Below, piece after piece: positions 46,401 through 58,044 of a DNA stretch of 64,000 nt. The position numbers and the translations under genes are program-made. Each line of letters starts with the position of its first letter. The stretch's first letter is position 1. The DNA is from Blepharisma stoltei ATCC 30299 (lineage: Eukaryota > Protista > Ciliophora), in NCBI GenBank assembly GCA_965603825.1, contig CBFDEM010000023.1:186001-250000 (forward strand), read 5' to 3'. Below the pieces are notes generated by a model. The model had not been told where the DNA came from and did no database searches. It saw only the letters and a program-made list of their open reading frames with translations.

Positions 46401-47459
46401 TATTTTTATAAAGGTTTATTTATTACGTAATGTGACTTTGTATTGCGTAATTTCTTCCCAAAGATATCAAAACACATCAGATAAAATGGCAAAATTTAAT
46501 TGATATAGACAGAATTTTTGACTTGATTCGGAAGGAATTAGAACATAGATAGCATGAAGAACTAAAGAGAAAACTAGGAAATCGAGAAATTTGTAAATTA
46601 GAATATAGTGAAGTTAAAGAATCTACAAAAGGAAAAGAATTTTAAAAAAAAATAATGCAGGAAACAACTATAAAAATAATTAAAACTACTGGGGTAATTA
46701 CTTGCAAATTGGAAAGGCTTGTCATTTTAAAATTTTTCTAAGACAAGAAAAATGATTAGGCGAAGCCGGTGATTTATATTTCAAAAATGAAGAATAAGAA
46801 AAGTTAAAAAATCAAAGATTTACTACACCTAATAACTTTTAGCTTACTAAATTCTATCTATAGGACCTTAATTTTTAAAAATTTTTATCTCTTTATCATA
46901 TATTATAATTTATTTAAATTACTATGTCTAAATCGATAATGAGTTTCAAAACTTCTCTTTTAATTTTGATAAGAGATAAAGAGATAGCTTAAATTTAGTT
47001 GCTGTATAACTGGAATATTTTGACCTAAAAGTTATGCATATTTCTAACAATTTTTATTATGAAGTTTTTAAACCCGCGAATGCTACTTAGATTGCTGGAA
47101 CCCTCTAGTTTCTATCTTCATTTGATGCACTGACTTTATCTATTTATAAGACTGGCAAATTTGTTTATGGCATGCATTTGACAGTTTTAAAAGTTAGAAC
47201 GATAAGTGATAAATTAGAAGATTCAGCAATCTAAGAATCTTCATAAGCCATATAGGAACATTTCACCTTTATGTACCAGTTAACAAAACAAGCATTTTAT
47301 GCATAACGCTTCGAAAATTGGTATATTCTATATAATAAGCTTTTTATTTGAGATTTCATAATGTATTACAAAGTTTGTATTTCAATTCAAATATTGATAT
47401 CTAATTGGGTAAGATTTTTCATATTTATATTTAACACACAGTTAACGAATAAAGCTAAA

Positions 47460-48560
47460 TTAAGCCTGAGTATAGTTAAAAGTAACCACAGGGTATGATG
47501 GTGCCATTTGGATACCGCAAACTCCTTTTCCTTGCTGAATACCAACTCTAATGTATCCTTCTTCTCCCCAAAGTGCGCCCCAGGAATTCTTAACAATATA
47601 GAAAGGCTTCTTAGCAACGGTGTTGTAGCCAACAGCGAGGACTCCGTGGTTTAATTTAGTTCCACATTTCTTGGTGACGACTCCGCTCTTGTAGAATTGC
47701 CATGAAGTAGCATCAACAGCTACTGAAACAGGAGTCCAAAAGACAGATGCCAATAATACAGTTGCGTTGTTAGGGTAGACATCAGTGTAGTTAGAAATCC
47801 AGGCAACTGCCTCTGACTCTCTCCAGTAGTTGCAGGTTGAATTTGTGGTGTTAGTACCGTTAGTTGAATTTCCAGAAACGTAAGGGTAGTTATCTTCAGT
47901 GGTTAGACCATGTTGAGCAATAAATTGGAAAGCTTGGTCCATATCTCCTCCATCGCATCCTGCATTTCCATAAGCTCTTGAGCAGTCAACAAGTTCTTGT
48001 TCACTTAAAGACACCAAAGTGTGGTTAGCCAAGAACCAGGCCCCTTCTACGGCGCCAGTAGCAGAGAAAGCCCAGCAGCTTCCACATTGTCCTTGATCTT
48101 TAACTGGTGTAACAGCTCCATGCTTTCTCCAATCCCAAGTAGGTTGATAAGTAAGTTGTTCTGGGAGGATTTGAGTATTGAGACGTCTGTGGACATCAAC
48201 TCTGTGAGTGAGGTATTTGCTTTCGAATTCCCAAGAGGTGAGGTCTGCAAATTGGTTGACAGCCAAAGACCAGTCTTCTTCGTCTGCGTTATGAATTCTG
48301 ATATATGCTGAGTTTTCACGATAGATTTGGAATCTCCTTGCGTATTCCTCTTCAGAAGAGTATTTCTTTCCATAGAGGGTCATAAAGCCTTGGAACTCAG
48401 CTTCTTCAAGTTGGAATTGCTTAAGGGCAAGATCGTGACGATTGTCTGAAGAAAAGGCAATAACACCAACAACACAGACAACGCCTATGACTGCAAGGGC
48501 TGCGAAGACTGCTTTCTTCTTGTTGCTTGTCTTATCTGAATCAAAGTAAAGACTGTCCAT
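47460..48560 (-). CDS. Cathepsin L-like cysteine protease (366 aa)
   Basis: [22 protein letters not shown]; intact ORF. Confidence 0.95.
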   Translation of the reverse strand: MDSLYFDSDKTSNKKKAVFAALAVIGVVCVVGVIAFSSDNRHDLALKQFQLEEAEFQGFMTLYGKKYSSEEEYARRFQIYRENSAYIRIHNADEEDWSLAVNQFADLTSWEFESKYLTHRVDVHRRLNTQILPEQLTYQPTWDWRKHGAVTPVKDQGQCGSCWAFSATGAVEGAWFLANHTLVSLSEQELVDCSRAYGNAGCDGGDMDQAFQFIAQHGLTTEDNYPYVSGNSTNGTNTTNSTCNYWRESEAVAWISNYTDVYPNNATVLLASVFWTPVSVAVDATSWQFYKSGVVTKKCGTKLNHGVLAVGYNTVAKKPFYIVKNSWGALWGEEGYIRVGIQQGKGVCGIQMAPSYPVVTFNYTQA

Positions 48561-49819
48561 TATTATTATAAAGGTTTATTTATTACGCAATATGGCTTTG
48601 AATTGTGGAATTTCTTCCCCAAAGATATCAGATAAACCAGATAAAATGGCAAAATTTAATATATATACCCAAAATTTTTGACTTTATTCTGAAGGAATTA
48701 AAGCATAATAAGCATAAAGAATTAAAGCAAAAAATAGGAAATTGAGAAATTTGTAAATTAGAATAAAGTGAAGTTCAATACGTCACAAAGGGAAAAAATT
48801 TTAAAAAAATTTTTACAAGAAGCAATTATAACAATAATGACAGCTACTAGGGGTAATTACTCAGAAATTGGAAAGGCTTGTCATGTTTAAAAATTTTCTC
48901 GACAAGAAAAATGGTTAGGTGAAGCTGGTGATTTTTTATTTCAAAAATGAAGACAAAGAAAAATCAGAAAATCAAAGGTTTACTATACTTAATAATTCTT
49001 AGCTAACCAAATTATCTCTAGCAGGACCTTAATTTTTAAAAATTTTTATCTCTTTATCCTATCTCATAATTTATTTAAATTACTATGTCTTAAATCGATA
49101 ATGAGTTTCAAAACTTCACTTTTTAATTTTTGATAAGTGATAGCTTAATTTAGTCGCAGTCTTACTGGAATATTTTGGCTTGAAAGCTATGCATATTTCT
49201 AACAATTTTTATTATGAAGCTTTTCTAGATCCGCAAAGGCTACTTAGATTGCTGAAACCCTCTAATTTCTATCTTCAGTTGATGCACTGATTCGATCTAT
49301 TTATAAGACTGGAAATCCGTTTATGGCATGCAATTAAAACCTCAAAAGCTGTTCAAGCTAGAACGATAAGTGAGAAATTAGAAGATAAGCAATCTAAGAA
49401 TTCGTAAACTATATAGGAGCATTTCATCTCTATGTGCCAATTAGCACAGCAAGCACTCTATACATAAAGCTTTGCATTTATTGATTATATTAAATAAATA
49501 AATTGCATTTGGCCTTAAAAAATGAGATTCTGTCCTTATTAATATGTTTTGAATCATAAATGAGATGAATATTATCTTGATTTAAGCAAGAGGTATAATC
49601 TCTATTTAATTTGTACAAATTCTGCATATTTCTTTATTATTTGCATTTAATCAGCAATCGAAATATATTGAGATTATAATCATGTTATTTTAAAAAATCG
49701 CAAGAATGACCTTAAAAAGAGCTACATCATTATTAAAGAAAACAAAAGGGTCTGCTTTTAATGAGATAGTAACTTTATTCTTAAAATTTTTAATTTCTTT
49801 GTCTGCAATTCTCAAACTT

Positions 49820-50095
49820 TGCTAAGATATTTATTAGAAAATTCTTCAATAGTGATATCTGCGAATTTTTGTCAAGAAAAAGTTAAATCTTCTTCTTGAA
49901 TATTATGGATGTTAATATAATTGTCATTAAAAATTTTAAATCAAAGGTGTTTAGCTGGAAATGGCTAAAGTTTGTGAAGGAGAAGAATAAAATTTCTGAG
50001 TTTCTTTAGGGTATATTATTTAATTGTGATGACATGATTATTATAATAAAAAAAGAAAGGTAGCTTCTTATCAAATTATTCCCATAAGAGACTCT
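49820..50095 (-). pseudogene. Highly decayed cathepsin 5' relic
   Basis: Nucleotide similarity to 44865-45150 (e.g. ttattagaaaattcttcaatagtga..tctgcga). Confidence 0.6.
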
Positions 50096-50509
50096 ATTTA
50101 AAAATTTTATCCCTTTATCTTACCTATTTAATTTATGCTAATTATTATGTTTTCAAAGAATAATGAGTTTCAAAACTCAACTTTTTAATTTGATTAATTA
50201 AGAGATGCTACTTGAGATCCTGGCTTATAAGTTTAACGAATTTTGATCATACTCAGTTTTGGAGCGTTCTATAGCCCTACGAGTTTTATCCTCTATTTAG
50301 GTGTAGACTCGATCATCTATCCATTATAGTCAACTTTTAAGCTTTCCAAGCTAGCATCGCAAGCCAGAAGCTGGAAGCATCAGCAATCTAGGAAGAAATT
50401 CAATGCCATCCATTAAGGGATAAAGACGTGAAATTATGACTATATTTTTAAAAATTAAATTTTAGCTTAGCATTTCTCAATATTATCAATATTTGAAATT
50501 CTAATTTCA

Positions 50510-50715
50510 ACAAGCCAAAATATTAAATTATATGTTATTTCTTCATCTGCAGTTTTCAATATTTTTTGTCTCCTCTTTTCGCATCTTTTCCTTTGATCTA
50601 ATCCCAATTGACTTCTAATTTCGTTTCATAAAATTCTTCTACACTATAGCTTACTTTATAAAATTCTTCTTCTATCATTATAAGCTTCAAACCTAGCAAT
50701 CCATCTATTTCTGGA
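50510..50715 (-). pseudogene. Decayed copy of the 3' end of the adjacent WD40 gene
   Basis: aagccaaaatatt...tctgcagttttcaatattttttgtctc...ttcttctacactat matches 51469-51660. Confidence 0.75.
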
Positions 50716-51035
50716 GCAGAGAGTGGCTGACAGGCTTCATAAAATTTTGAAGTTTGACTCCTCCCGTTCGATTTATTGAATTGTGATGGTAAAAATTTTT
50801 TCCTTGTAAAAGAAAAATAGCTTTCTTAGCATATTATTCCTGTAAGACCTATCAAAAATATACGTTATGTTCTTATAAAATAAATATAATATTAAAGAAA
50901 ATTATTTAAATTTTTTTCTAAAATAATTTTTGAAGACGATAGTTTTCATTTTTCATAAAATTTAATTATCTTAACTTTAAATAATATTTTCTCATATTTA
51001 TTATTTTAACACGCAATTTCGTGAATAAAGCTAAA

Positions 51036-51182
51036 TTAAGGCTTAGTATAGTTAGAAGTGGCTATAGGGTATGATGCAGCCATTTGGATACCACACACTC
51101 CCTTTCCTTCCTTGATACCAACTCTGATGTATCTATCTTCTCCCCAATTTTTACCCCATGAGTTCTTGACAATGTAGTAAGT
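51036..51182 (-). pseudogene. Cathepsin L 3' fragment
   Basis: [38 protein letters not shown]...KP* plus the shared 3' flank; no upstream part. Confidence 0.85.
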
Positions 51183-51480
51183 TGGTAGGTGATGGGTTTT
51201 ATTTTTATCCATTCTACTGCAATTCTCAAATTATTCCAAGTTCTAAGAATTTTTATCTGCTTATCTCATCTATTTAATTTATTTTATTTTTATGTCTTCA
51301 ATTGATGTGAATATCGTCAAAAGCCTTCGCAATTCGTATGGGAAGAATTCACTTCTAATATGTCAATAAGCAAGCATTTAAAAATTAAATCTTAGCAATT
51401 ATTAACATAGTCAAAATTTTATTCGACATGTCTTAATATTGCTAATGCTTCTTATTCTAATTCCAATTAAGCCAAAATAT

Positions 51481-52788
51481 TTAATTATTCTTTATTTCCT
51501 CCTCTGCAGTTTTCAATATTTTTTGTCTCTCCTCTTCAAACATTTTTTCCTTAGAGCTCATCCCTAACTCACTTCCAGGCTTCAGTTCCACAATTTCTTC
51601 TACACTATCATTTGCTTTCAAAATGTTTCTCCTCTCATTAGGAGCTTCCATACCTAAACAATCACTGAAAAAATTGGAAATAATTATTGCATTTGACGAT
51701 GCATTGCCTATAAGCACTGCATCAAGCTTAGGAACATAATCAATAAAAGTGATCATTTCAATGCCTTCAATTCCTTTTTCTTGAAGCTTTGGCATAATTC
51801 TCTGCTGTGGAGTCCAGGTCAGTGATAAGTTTTCAAGTGAAAACATAAGTGTGCTTGCTAAAATTGACCCGTCACTTTTTCCTATTAATAAGCAGTCATT
51901 TTCATCCGGCAAAACCAAACTGAAAATTTTGCATGAAATTTCTGGGTTGATTCCAGTACTTGGGACACTAAAATTAAGGATTTTATAGCAAGTTAAATAG
52001 TCCCATATATGGATTTCACTGCCTTGTGAGCTCAACGCAATAGCGAAATTCTTTGATTCAACCAAAGAAATAGAAAAGCAGCTTCCTGTAAATCCTTCTA
52101 ATAAAATCGGCTCGAAAGCTTGTGCTAAAGCATTCATGTAAAACATTTTTAAAGGGTTTGAATCCAGCTTTACTTGGCTCCCATCATCAACTTGATAAGA
52201 ATTATCATACCCTGATATAATAAATCTATGCTTATTAGAATAAGCAAGTGCTCTGACTCCAGGCATTTTCGCTGGTCCTTTAATTTCTAATTGAGGCTCT
52301 TGAGCTGCAAGATGCCAAACTCTAATGCACCCATCATGTAACCCTGCATAAAGCAAATCTGGCACTGGGGAAATCATCGTTGTGATTTTTCCAGTCCCTC
52401 CAGCACTAAACTGAGAAATGCTTCGCAACGAATAAGAGTCAATCACTTTAAAGACTTTATCTGATTCTCCTACCACAATGACATTTCCGAGTATACTTTC
52501 CTTGCAATTTACAGCTGAAATTATTTGGATACCGTGCACAGGTGAATATCTAGGGCTTCTTATGTCTCCGGTGAGCAGACAGAACATGTCGATATTTCTG
52601 GGACTTACGGTGATTACATGGAAAAGCTGTGAATACTCTGAAGCATTGCTTGCGTCTGGAAATAAAATAAAAGCACTTAAAATTGGTCCTCGTTGCTGGA
52701 TTGGATACATACGGTTTGATGTAACGTGAGAAGCTATAGGAACGCCGAGTTTTTTATTAGATACAGGTACAGGAGCACTATTTCCCAT
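51481..52788 (-). CDS. WD40-repeat protein with a possible N-myristoylation site (435 aa)
   Basis: MGNS start; LYAGLHDGCIRVWHL and EIHIWDY repeats. Confidence 0.8.
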   Translation of the reverse strand: MGNSAPVPVSNKKLGVPIASHVTSNRMYPIQQRGPILSAFILFPDASNASEYSQLFHVITVSPRNIDMFCLLTGDIRSPRYSPVHGIQIISAVNCKESILGNVIVVGESDKVFKVIDSYSLRSISQFSAGGTGKITTMISPVPDLLYAGLHDGCIRVWHLAAQEPQLEIKGPAKMPGVRALAYSNKHRFIISGYDNSYQVDDGSQVKLDSNPLKMFYMNALAQAFEPILLEGFTGSCFSISLVESKNFAIALSSQGSEIHIWDYLTCYKILNFSVPSTGINPEISCKIFSLVLPDENDCLLIGKSDGSILASTLMFSLENLSLTWTPQQRIMPKLQEKGIEGIEMITFIDYVPKLDAVLIGNASSNAIIISNFFSDCLGMEAPNERRNILKANDSVEEIVELKPGSELGMSSKEKMFEEERQKILKTAEEEIKNN

Positions 52789-52889
52789 TTTAAATATTAT
52801 TTTTATCAAAAATAGGTTCTTTATCAATATCTCTTAAATTTCACCAAAAAAGCACTTATTTATCGTCAAATCCTGCATTTTTACTTGTT

Positions 52890-53219
52890 TTATTCAGATT
52901 CTTCATAATCTTGCAGCACTTCTTTGACTGCATTCATAAAATCTTCATGAAAGTAAGAATAAGCAAACTCTCGGCACGCCAACACCATACAAATTGAGCT
53001 AAAAATCTTTAATTTAGGATTGATGATATGCCGAAATATAATTCAGCTTATACTTATCCCCATCGATGCTCCAAAAATCTGAATTCATTGCTTGGCGTCA
53101 CGTAGTTCGGCTAGAGTTCTCGCTATATTTCTCTCTGTTGGGTTGCTACCGCTAAATTCCCTTCTTTTAATCCTATTTAGCTGAGAGTTCAGTCAAAGTT
53201 TTTCTTCAAGAATTCCCAT
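52890..53219 (-). CDS. Small protein with two hydrophobic segments (109 aa), absent from the ORF track
   Basis: MGILEEKLWLNSQL...QWIQIFGASMGISISWIIFRH...LQDYEESE*; fills the gap between neighbours exactly; three TGA. Confidence 0.7.
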
Positions 53220-53255
53220 ATTTATTAATTCTAAATTTTTATCTTAATGCCTTGC

Positions 53256-54245
53256 CTAGGCTTTAATTTTTGACGCCACAACGTAGATGTGTTGGTCGTG
53301 GCTGTCCAAATTGAAATCTGTCTTTATATCGACAACTTGTAATATATCATTAGCCCACTTGTCTGGGCTAGATGGTGATAAAATTTCTTTGTATTGGTCA
53401 GGGTAAACTTCCACTGTTTCTTTGCAGGGGGAATTGTTCCTTATTAAGTCGATTACAGACTTTGGAAGCTCATAAGGCAATTCCTCTGTTTCTTTTTCTT
53501 GAACAAAATTGAATCTACTATGGGTAGCTTCAAAATCTTTAGAATAAACTCTAGGTCTTAGGGTAACCTTTGGGGAAAAAGCTTCTGTCATAGCTCTTTC
53601 TCGTATTATTCTTGCTCTTGGCAAAACTGTGTTTTCGTAAGGAGGTGGGTCGACTATTATTTTAAGTTTGTCTAGTAAAGTGTGTTTAGGCTGGACACTC
53701 CTAGCTTGGGTCATTGAATCTCTCGGTATCATCTGTGATTGAGGAGCTAGCTTGTGAAGATACAAACATTCTGGTTTCGGACAAGGCACGCCCTCCAGAA
53801 AGTAGGTGCAGTATTTCGTAGTCCCAAACGCAACTGTCAATGACTTGCCTTCAAGCACAAACTCGTTGCATGCCTTAATGCAGAGTGAGGATTCTTCTTC
53901 ATTCGAATATGTAATATAAGCCCCAAAAGAGACTCCTGAGGCTCCGTTTGTGTATGCGTTGGCTTTGTTTACAACACATTTTTTAATATTTCCATATTGG
54001 CCAAAATAGGCATAACTTTTCAAAATTGTCTCCTCGGCAACTGATGGAGGCAAGTTTATAATGTAGACCAAGTCAGTTTGAATTATGCGCATTTTCGAAA
54101 GGTCACCGGAGTTTGACTGAAACTTCTTGGTTTGCCGCTGAGTCCTGAGTAGATATTACGTTTTCGAGCCACTGAGAGGTGAAAAGGGGTGATCTGTGTC
54201 AGCACGAGGATGGAGAGGAATTTGGCAAGACAATTTGCGCTCCAT
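53256..54245 (-). CDS. Not4/CNOT4-like RRM + C3H1 zinc-finger protein lacking the RING (324 aa; intron 54145-59)
   Basis: MRIIQTDLVYIINLP, YFGQYGNI, AYITY and FGTTKYCTYFL...CPKPECLYLH. Confidence 0.85.
54145..54159 (-). other. 15-nt intron GTAATATCTACTCAG
   Basis: GT-AG, A at -6, removes an in-frame TAA. Confidence 0.75.
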
Positions 54246-55108
54246 TAAATATTTATATTAGCTGTAAGAAAATAGCCTTTTTATAGCCTTTAACCAGTTG
54301 AAAAGGATGATAGGCTAATAATTGAAAATTTGTTTGGCCATTTATATATATCAGAAATAGAATCTGAATGCTTAGGAATAAAATTTTTATACAAATGAAG
54401 TTATTATAGGTCTTTATATGGTATGCTGGCTTGTGATCATTGGTGTAATTAAGAAATAATTTTTAGGTAAGAAGGTTTGGAAAATTTTAAAGTATTTTTA
54501 TTATTCTCCATTATAGATTTTAATGCAAGTCTAATTTTCTAAAAACGCTTAAAACAAAATCGATTCAATTAATTAATTTTCTTTATATTTTTGAACTATT
54601 CTGTCGACTATATTGCTGAAATTACTTTTAAATTATTTATTTAACATCAGGTCGAGGTAAAATCAATGATATCAGAAAATTTGGCTAAATCACTTCCCGC
54701 TTAGCTTTAAAATCCTTTCGATAAATTATCTAGATAGCTTATACAAATATTCATATTAAGGCTTAAGCAAAGTAAATTTGAATAGATAATAAACAGCTGC
54801 TAGATCAGTGGACCTTATTTTATTTTTTAAATTAAAGGTCTGTTGCATATTTTATATTTCGCTTTTTACAGTTGAAGTTAGATTCAAAAATATTAAATTC
54901 TACAATCCAATAAAAATCCATAATATTTTAAGCTATTTAGAATGTTAAATGCAATCTCAACCATAATGCAGTAATTCCTTTTCTATTAGCCATTATGTTT
55001 TTTTGATTATAATATTATCACTGTGTTAATTTCTGCTTAATACCTCTTTCTTACTTTATTTTTGCAATTTAAAACCTTTTTATTCTATATGATTTAAATC
55101 GATATAAA

Positions 55109-56551
55109 ATGTCACGCGAAAAACCTTACATTTCTAAGCCTCCTGAAGGATTTTTTGACTTAGTTCAAAGTGCTTTACAATGCACTTTTTTTCTGGTCCA
55201 TGAGTCCGGCCCTACATCGTTTCTCCTGAAAGACGAAAGCCAAAAGCCTATTAAAGTCAGCCTGGGCAGTCGTCATACATGCTCATGTGGGGGTGGACGA
55301 GAGCATTGCTTGCACACCCTCTATGTTTTATTGAAAATATTCAGGATCCTCCCAGACAATCCAATTCTCTGGCAGTTATCTTTTATTGACTCAGAAATCA
55401 ACTGACTCATAAAAAGTCGACATAATCCTATGTTAGAAAAAAAAGAACCAAAAAAGGACAAAAAACCGAATTCAAAAGTCCAAAGAATTTCTCTAACAGA
55501 AGAAGTCGGATGGTAAGAAATATATAGCCCAATTTGCCAAGAAGACATGAAAGAAGTGTCAGAATTAGTTTATTGTAAAATTGGCTGTGGGCATAACTTT
55601 CATATAAAATGTATGAAGATCTGGGCAGAGCATAAAGTTTTTCAAAGAGATAACATTACATGCCCGCTGTGCAGAACTGACTGAGGAAATAATGTGCTTG
55701 AAGAACTAAATAAACTTTTAGCAAAGTCAAAAAAGCCTAAAAAGCAGCATAAGTCAGCAGCTTGTGTTGGGTGTGGACAGCATCCTATCAGGGGTGACAG
55801 ATTCCACTGTCTAATTTGTCCGAGAAGTGACTTATGTAAAAAATGCGCAGATAGCCATGGAGATCATCCTTTCATCAAGAAAAAATCAGAAAGTAAAAAA
55901 TGGGAGCCTGTGATCAGACTAAATGAATTCAGAAACCTTGAAAACCGAGAATTAAGCTCAGAAGACTATGAGAGGCTGCTAGAGCTTGATAGAAATCCTC
56001 CGCTTTTTGAATACCTTTTAAACGTAATTCCAAATGGCCAGGCTTCTATATGCGTAATTTGCAGTATAAACCAGCCTTGTAATAGATGAAAACTTTTAGA
56101 CTGTGGTCACTGTGTCCATGATGCCTGTTTACTAAGTAATTTACAAGAGGAAAATTATATCTGTCCTGCAGATCATTATCCAATATTAAAAGGATTAGAA
56201 ATTGAGTGCTTAAATGTAACTATGCCTGTAAGAACACAATCATTAAACCAAGAATTAACTGTAAATGGCCAACAAATTGCAGCTAATAATGAGGCAAGAA
56301 TAAGAATAAGGAAAAGGCCAAATCCACCGTCAGCACATGTGAGGAGAGAAGAATTGTATTTAGGACCGCCACCAAGAGGAAGGTTTAATGAAACTAGAGA
56401 CAGCTGAAAGAGAAGACAAGTGCAAATGAATTATCAAGCTCCTTCTCGGCAAGATTTCGAGTTTCCTGGACTTGTTATAACGAAGCTTGCAGGGCCAGCA
56501 GCAAGAAAAGGCACTTTAATCAGTAGTGCGCATTCTGTATTAAATCAATAA
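55109..56551 (+). CDS. ZSWIM2/MEX-like E3 ligase (SWIM-RING-ZZ-RING; 475 aa; intron 55513-27)
   Basis: GPTSF...HTCSC...CLHTLYVLLK...LWQ (SWIM); CPICQE...CGHNFHIKCMKIW...CPLCR (RING); CVGC...RFHCLIC..DLCKKC (ZZ); CVIC...CGHCVHDAC...CPAD. Confidence 0.85.
55513..55527 (+). other. 15-nt intron GTAAGAAATATATAG
   Basis: Splicing rebuilds the first RING Cys codon (TG|C CCA ATT TGC). Confidence 0.9.
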
Positions 56552-56683
56552 AATTTATAATTTTTATTTTTGTTACACAAAATAATGGGTAATTTTTAAT
56601 TGCTAATTATCATGTCGTTGGCCAAGAAATTTTTTATTCAGTCCTCTATATATGATTAATCAATTTAAATAAGAAGCTTAGTT

Positions 56684-57193
56684 CTAAGGGAAGGCTTTCT
56701 TGGTCATGATGTTGTAGAAGTCTTCAAAAGACACTTGCCCATCTCCATCACTGTCAGCTCTTTCAATCATTTCCAACAGCTCTTCATCAGTCATGGTTTC
56801 TCCTAGTTCTTTTGCTACTCTTCTTAGGTTCTTGATGCTGATAGTTCCAGTTTTATCGTCATCAAAAAGTCTGAAGACTTTTTGGATGTCTTCTCTGGTG
56901 TCTTTATCGCTCATTCTTGCAGTCATCATGTCAAGGAACTCATCAAAGTCAATGGCTCCAGACCCATCCTTATCTAAATCACTGACCATTTGGTAAATGG
57001 TTTGATTTTTGGCTTCAAAGCCCAGCGATTGCATAGCTGAAGTCAACTCTCTAGGGTCAATTGTCCCAGATCCATCAGTATCGAATAAATCGAAGGCTTC
57101 CTTGATTTCTTCGATCTCATCTTCAGTGAGGCCTGGACGCTCATATTGCTTTGGATTAAAAGCTTTTGCGCCTGTTCCTGCTCTTCCTGCCAT
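56684..57193 (-). CDS. Centrin (caltractin), ciliate infraciliary-lattice/contractile type
   Basis: Four EF-hands; [30 protein letters not shown]. Confidence 0.95.
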   Translation of the reverse strand: MAGRAGTGAKAFNPKQYERPGLTEDEIEEIKEAFDLFDTDGSGTIDPRELTSAMQSLGFEAKNQTIYQMVSDLDKDGSGAIDFDEFLDMMTARMSDKDTREDIQKVFRLFDDDKTGTISIKNLRRVAKELGETMTDEELLEMIERADSDGDGQVSFEDFYNIMTKKAFP

Positions 57194-58044
57194 TTAATTT
57201 CAACAACTATGTGCCAATGAAATAAGTTTAAATTGCCATAAAAAGGGTTTAAAGGAAATTGCTGATGAAATTGGAAGAAAAGAAAAATTTGGTAATAGGT
57301 CTAGTCTTAAAGACTTTTAGCAATCTATAAGGGTTTATCGTTCTCAAGAAATATCCCATTAAATAATAAAATCCATGCGAATGACATCATAGACTTGAAA
57401 CTCACAGACAATGCACTTCGCTTTCTTAATTTCATGCTAACTCTTCACTGTAAACTTGAGGAGCCAATAGAGCCATTTTTTCAGCCTGATAATCCCTGAT
57501 GAAAGGCTAAAAGACTCCTAGAGATATTATGAGCTTAAAAATTGAAGGAATTATTTTAATTTAAGATTAGATTAAAGAAACAGAAACTTCAATATTAAAT
57601 GAAAAGGAGTGGATTTATGAAACCTGTGCAATGATTATTCAATATGTTTTCGATTAAAAATTTATAGTTGAGAGATGCTAAAAATATTTTTTTGCTTGGA
57701 TTTATGAGCATTTTTATAAGGCTTTTACACTAAATAAACTGAAACAGCATCATAATGGAATTAATTTAATAATTAAAAGCATAATTTAACTTCATTATTA
57801 AGTCAACCTGAAGAATGTATTTAAACATTTTAAACTTTAATTCTTTTGCAGCTTCTTTTCTGCTCAATAATATCTCTATAATCATAGCTATTTTCCAAAA
57901 TTTTAACTATATCTATACTTTATCTCTCTCAGTTCACATAGTCTATCCCATATCTTTAGAATTTCCATCTTATCAGTTCTGATGCCATTTCTTTAATATG
58001 ATTGGGTAAACCATCCATAAATTCTTAAAAAGCCATATAAAATT

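Larger units (their letters stand above)
45240..49480. repeat. Tandem duplication, ~2.15-kb unit (cathepsin gene plus upstream DNA; ~45240-47330 and ~47395-49480)
   Basis: Collinear similarity in the CDS and ~900 bp of non-coding flank. Confidence 0.9.

Noticed and set aside
57205-57540. Coding-like sequence divergent from centrin
   Set aside because: No start-to-stop frame could be built even with TGA=Trp and micro-introns
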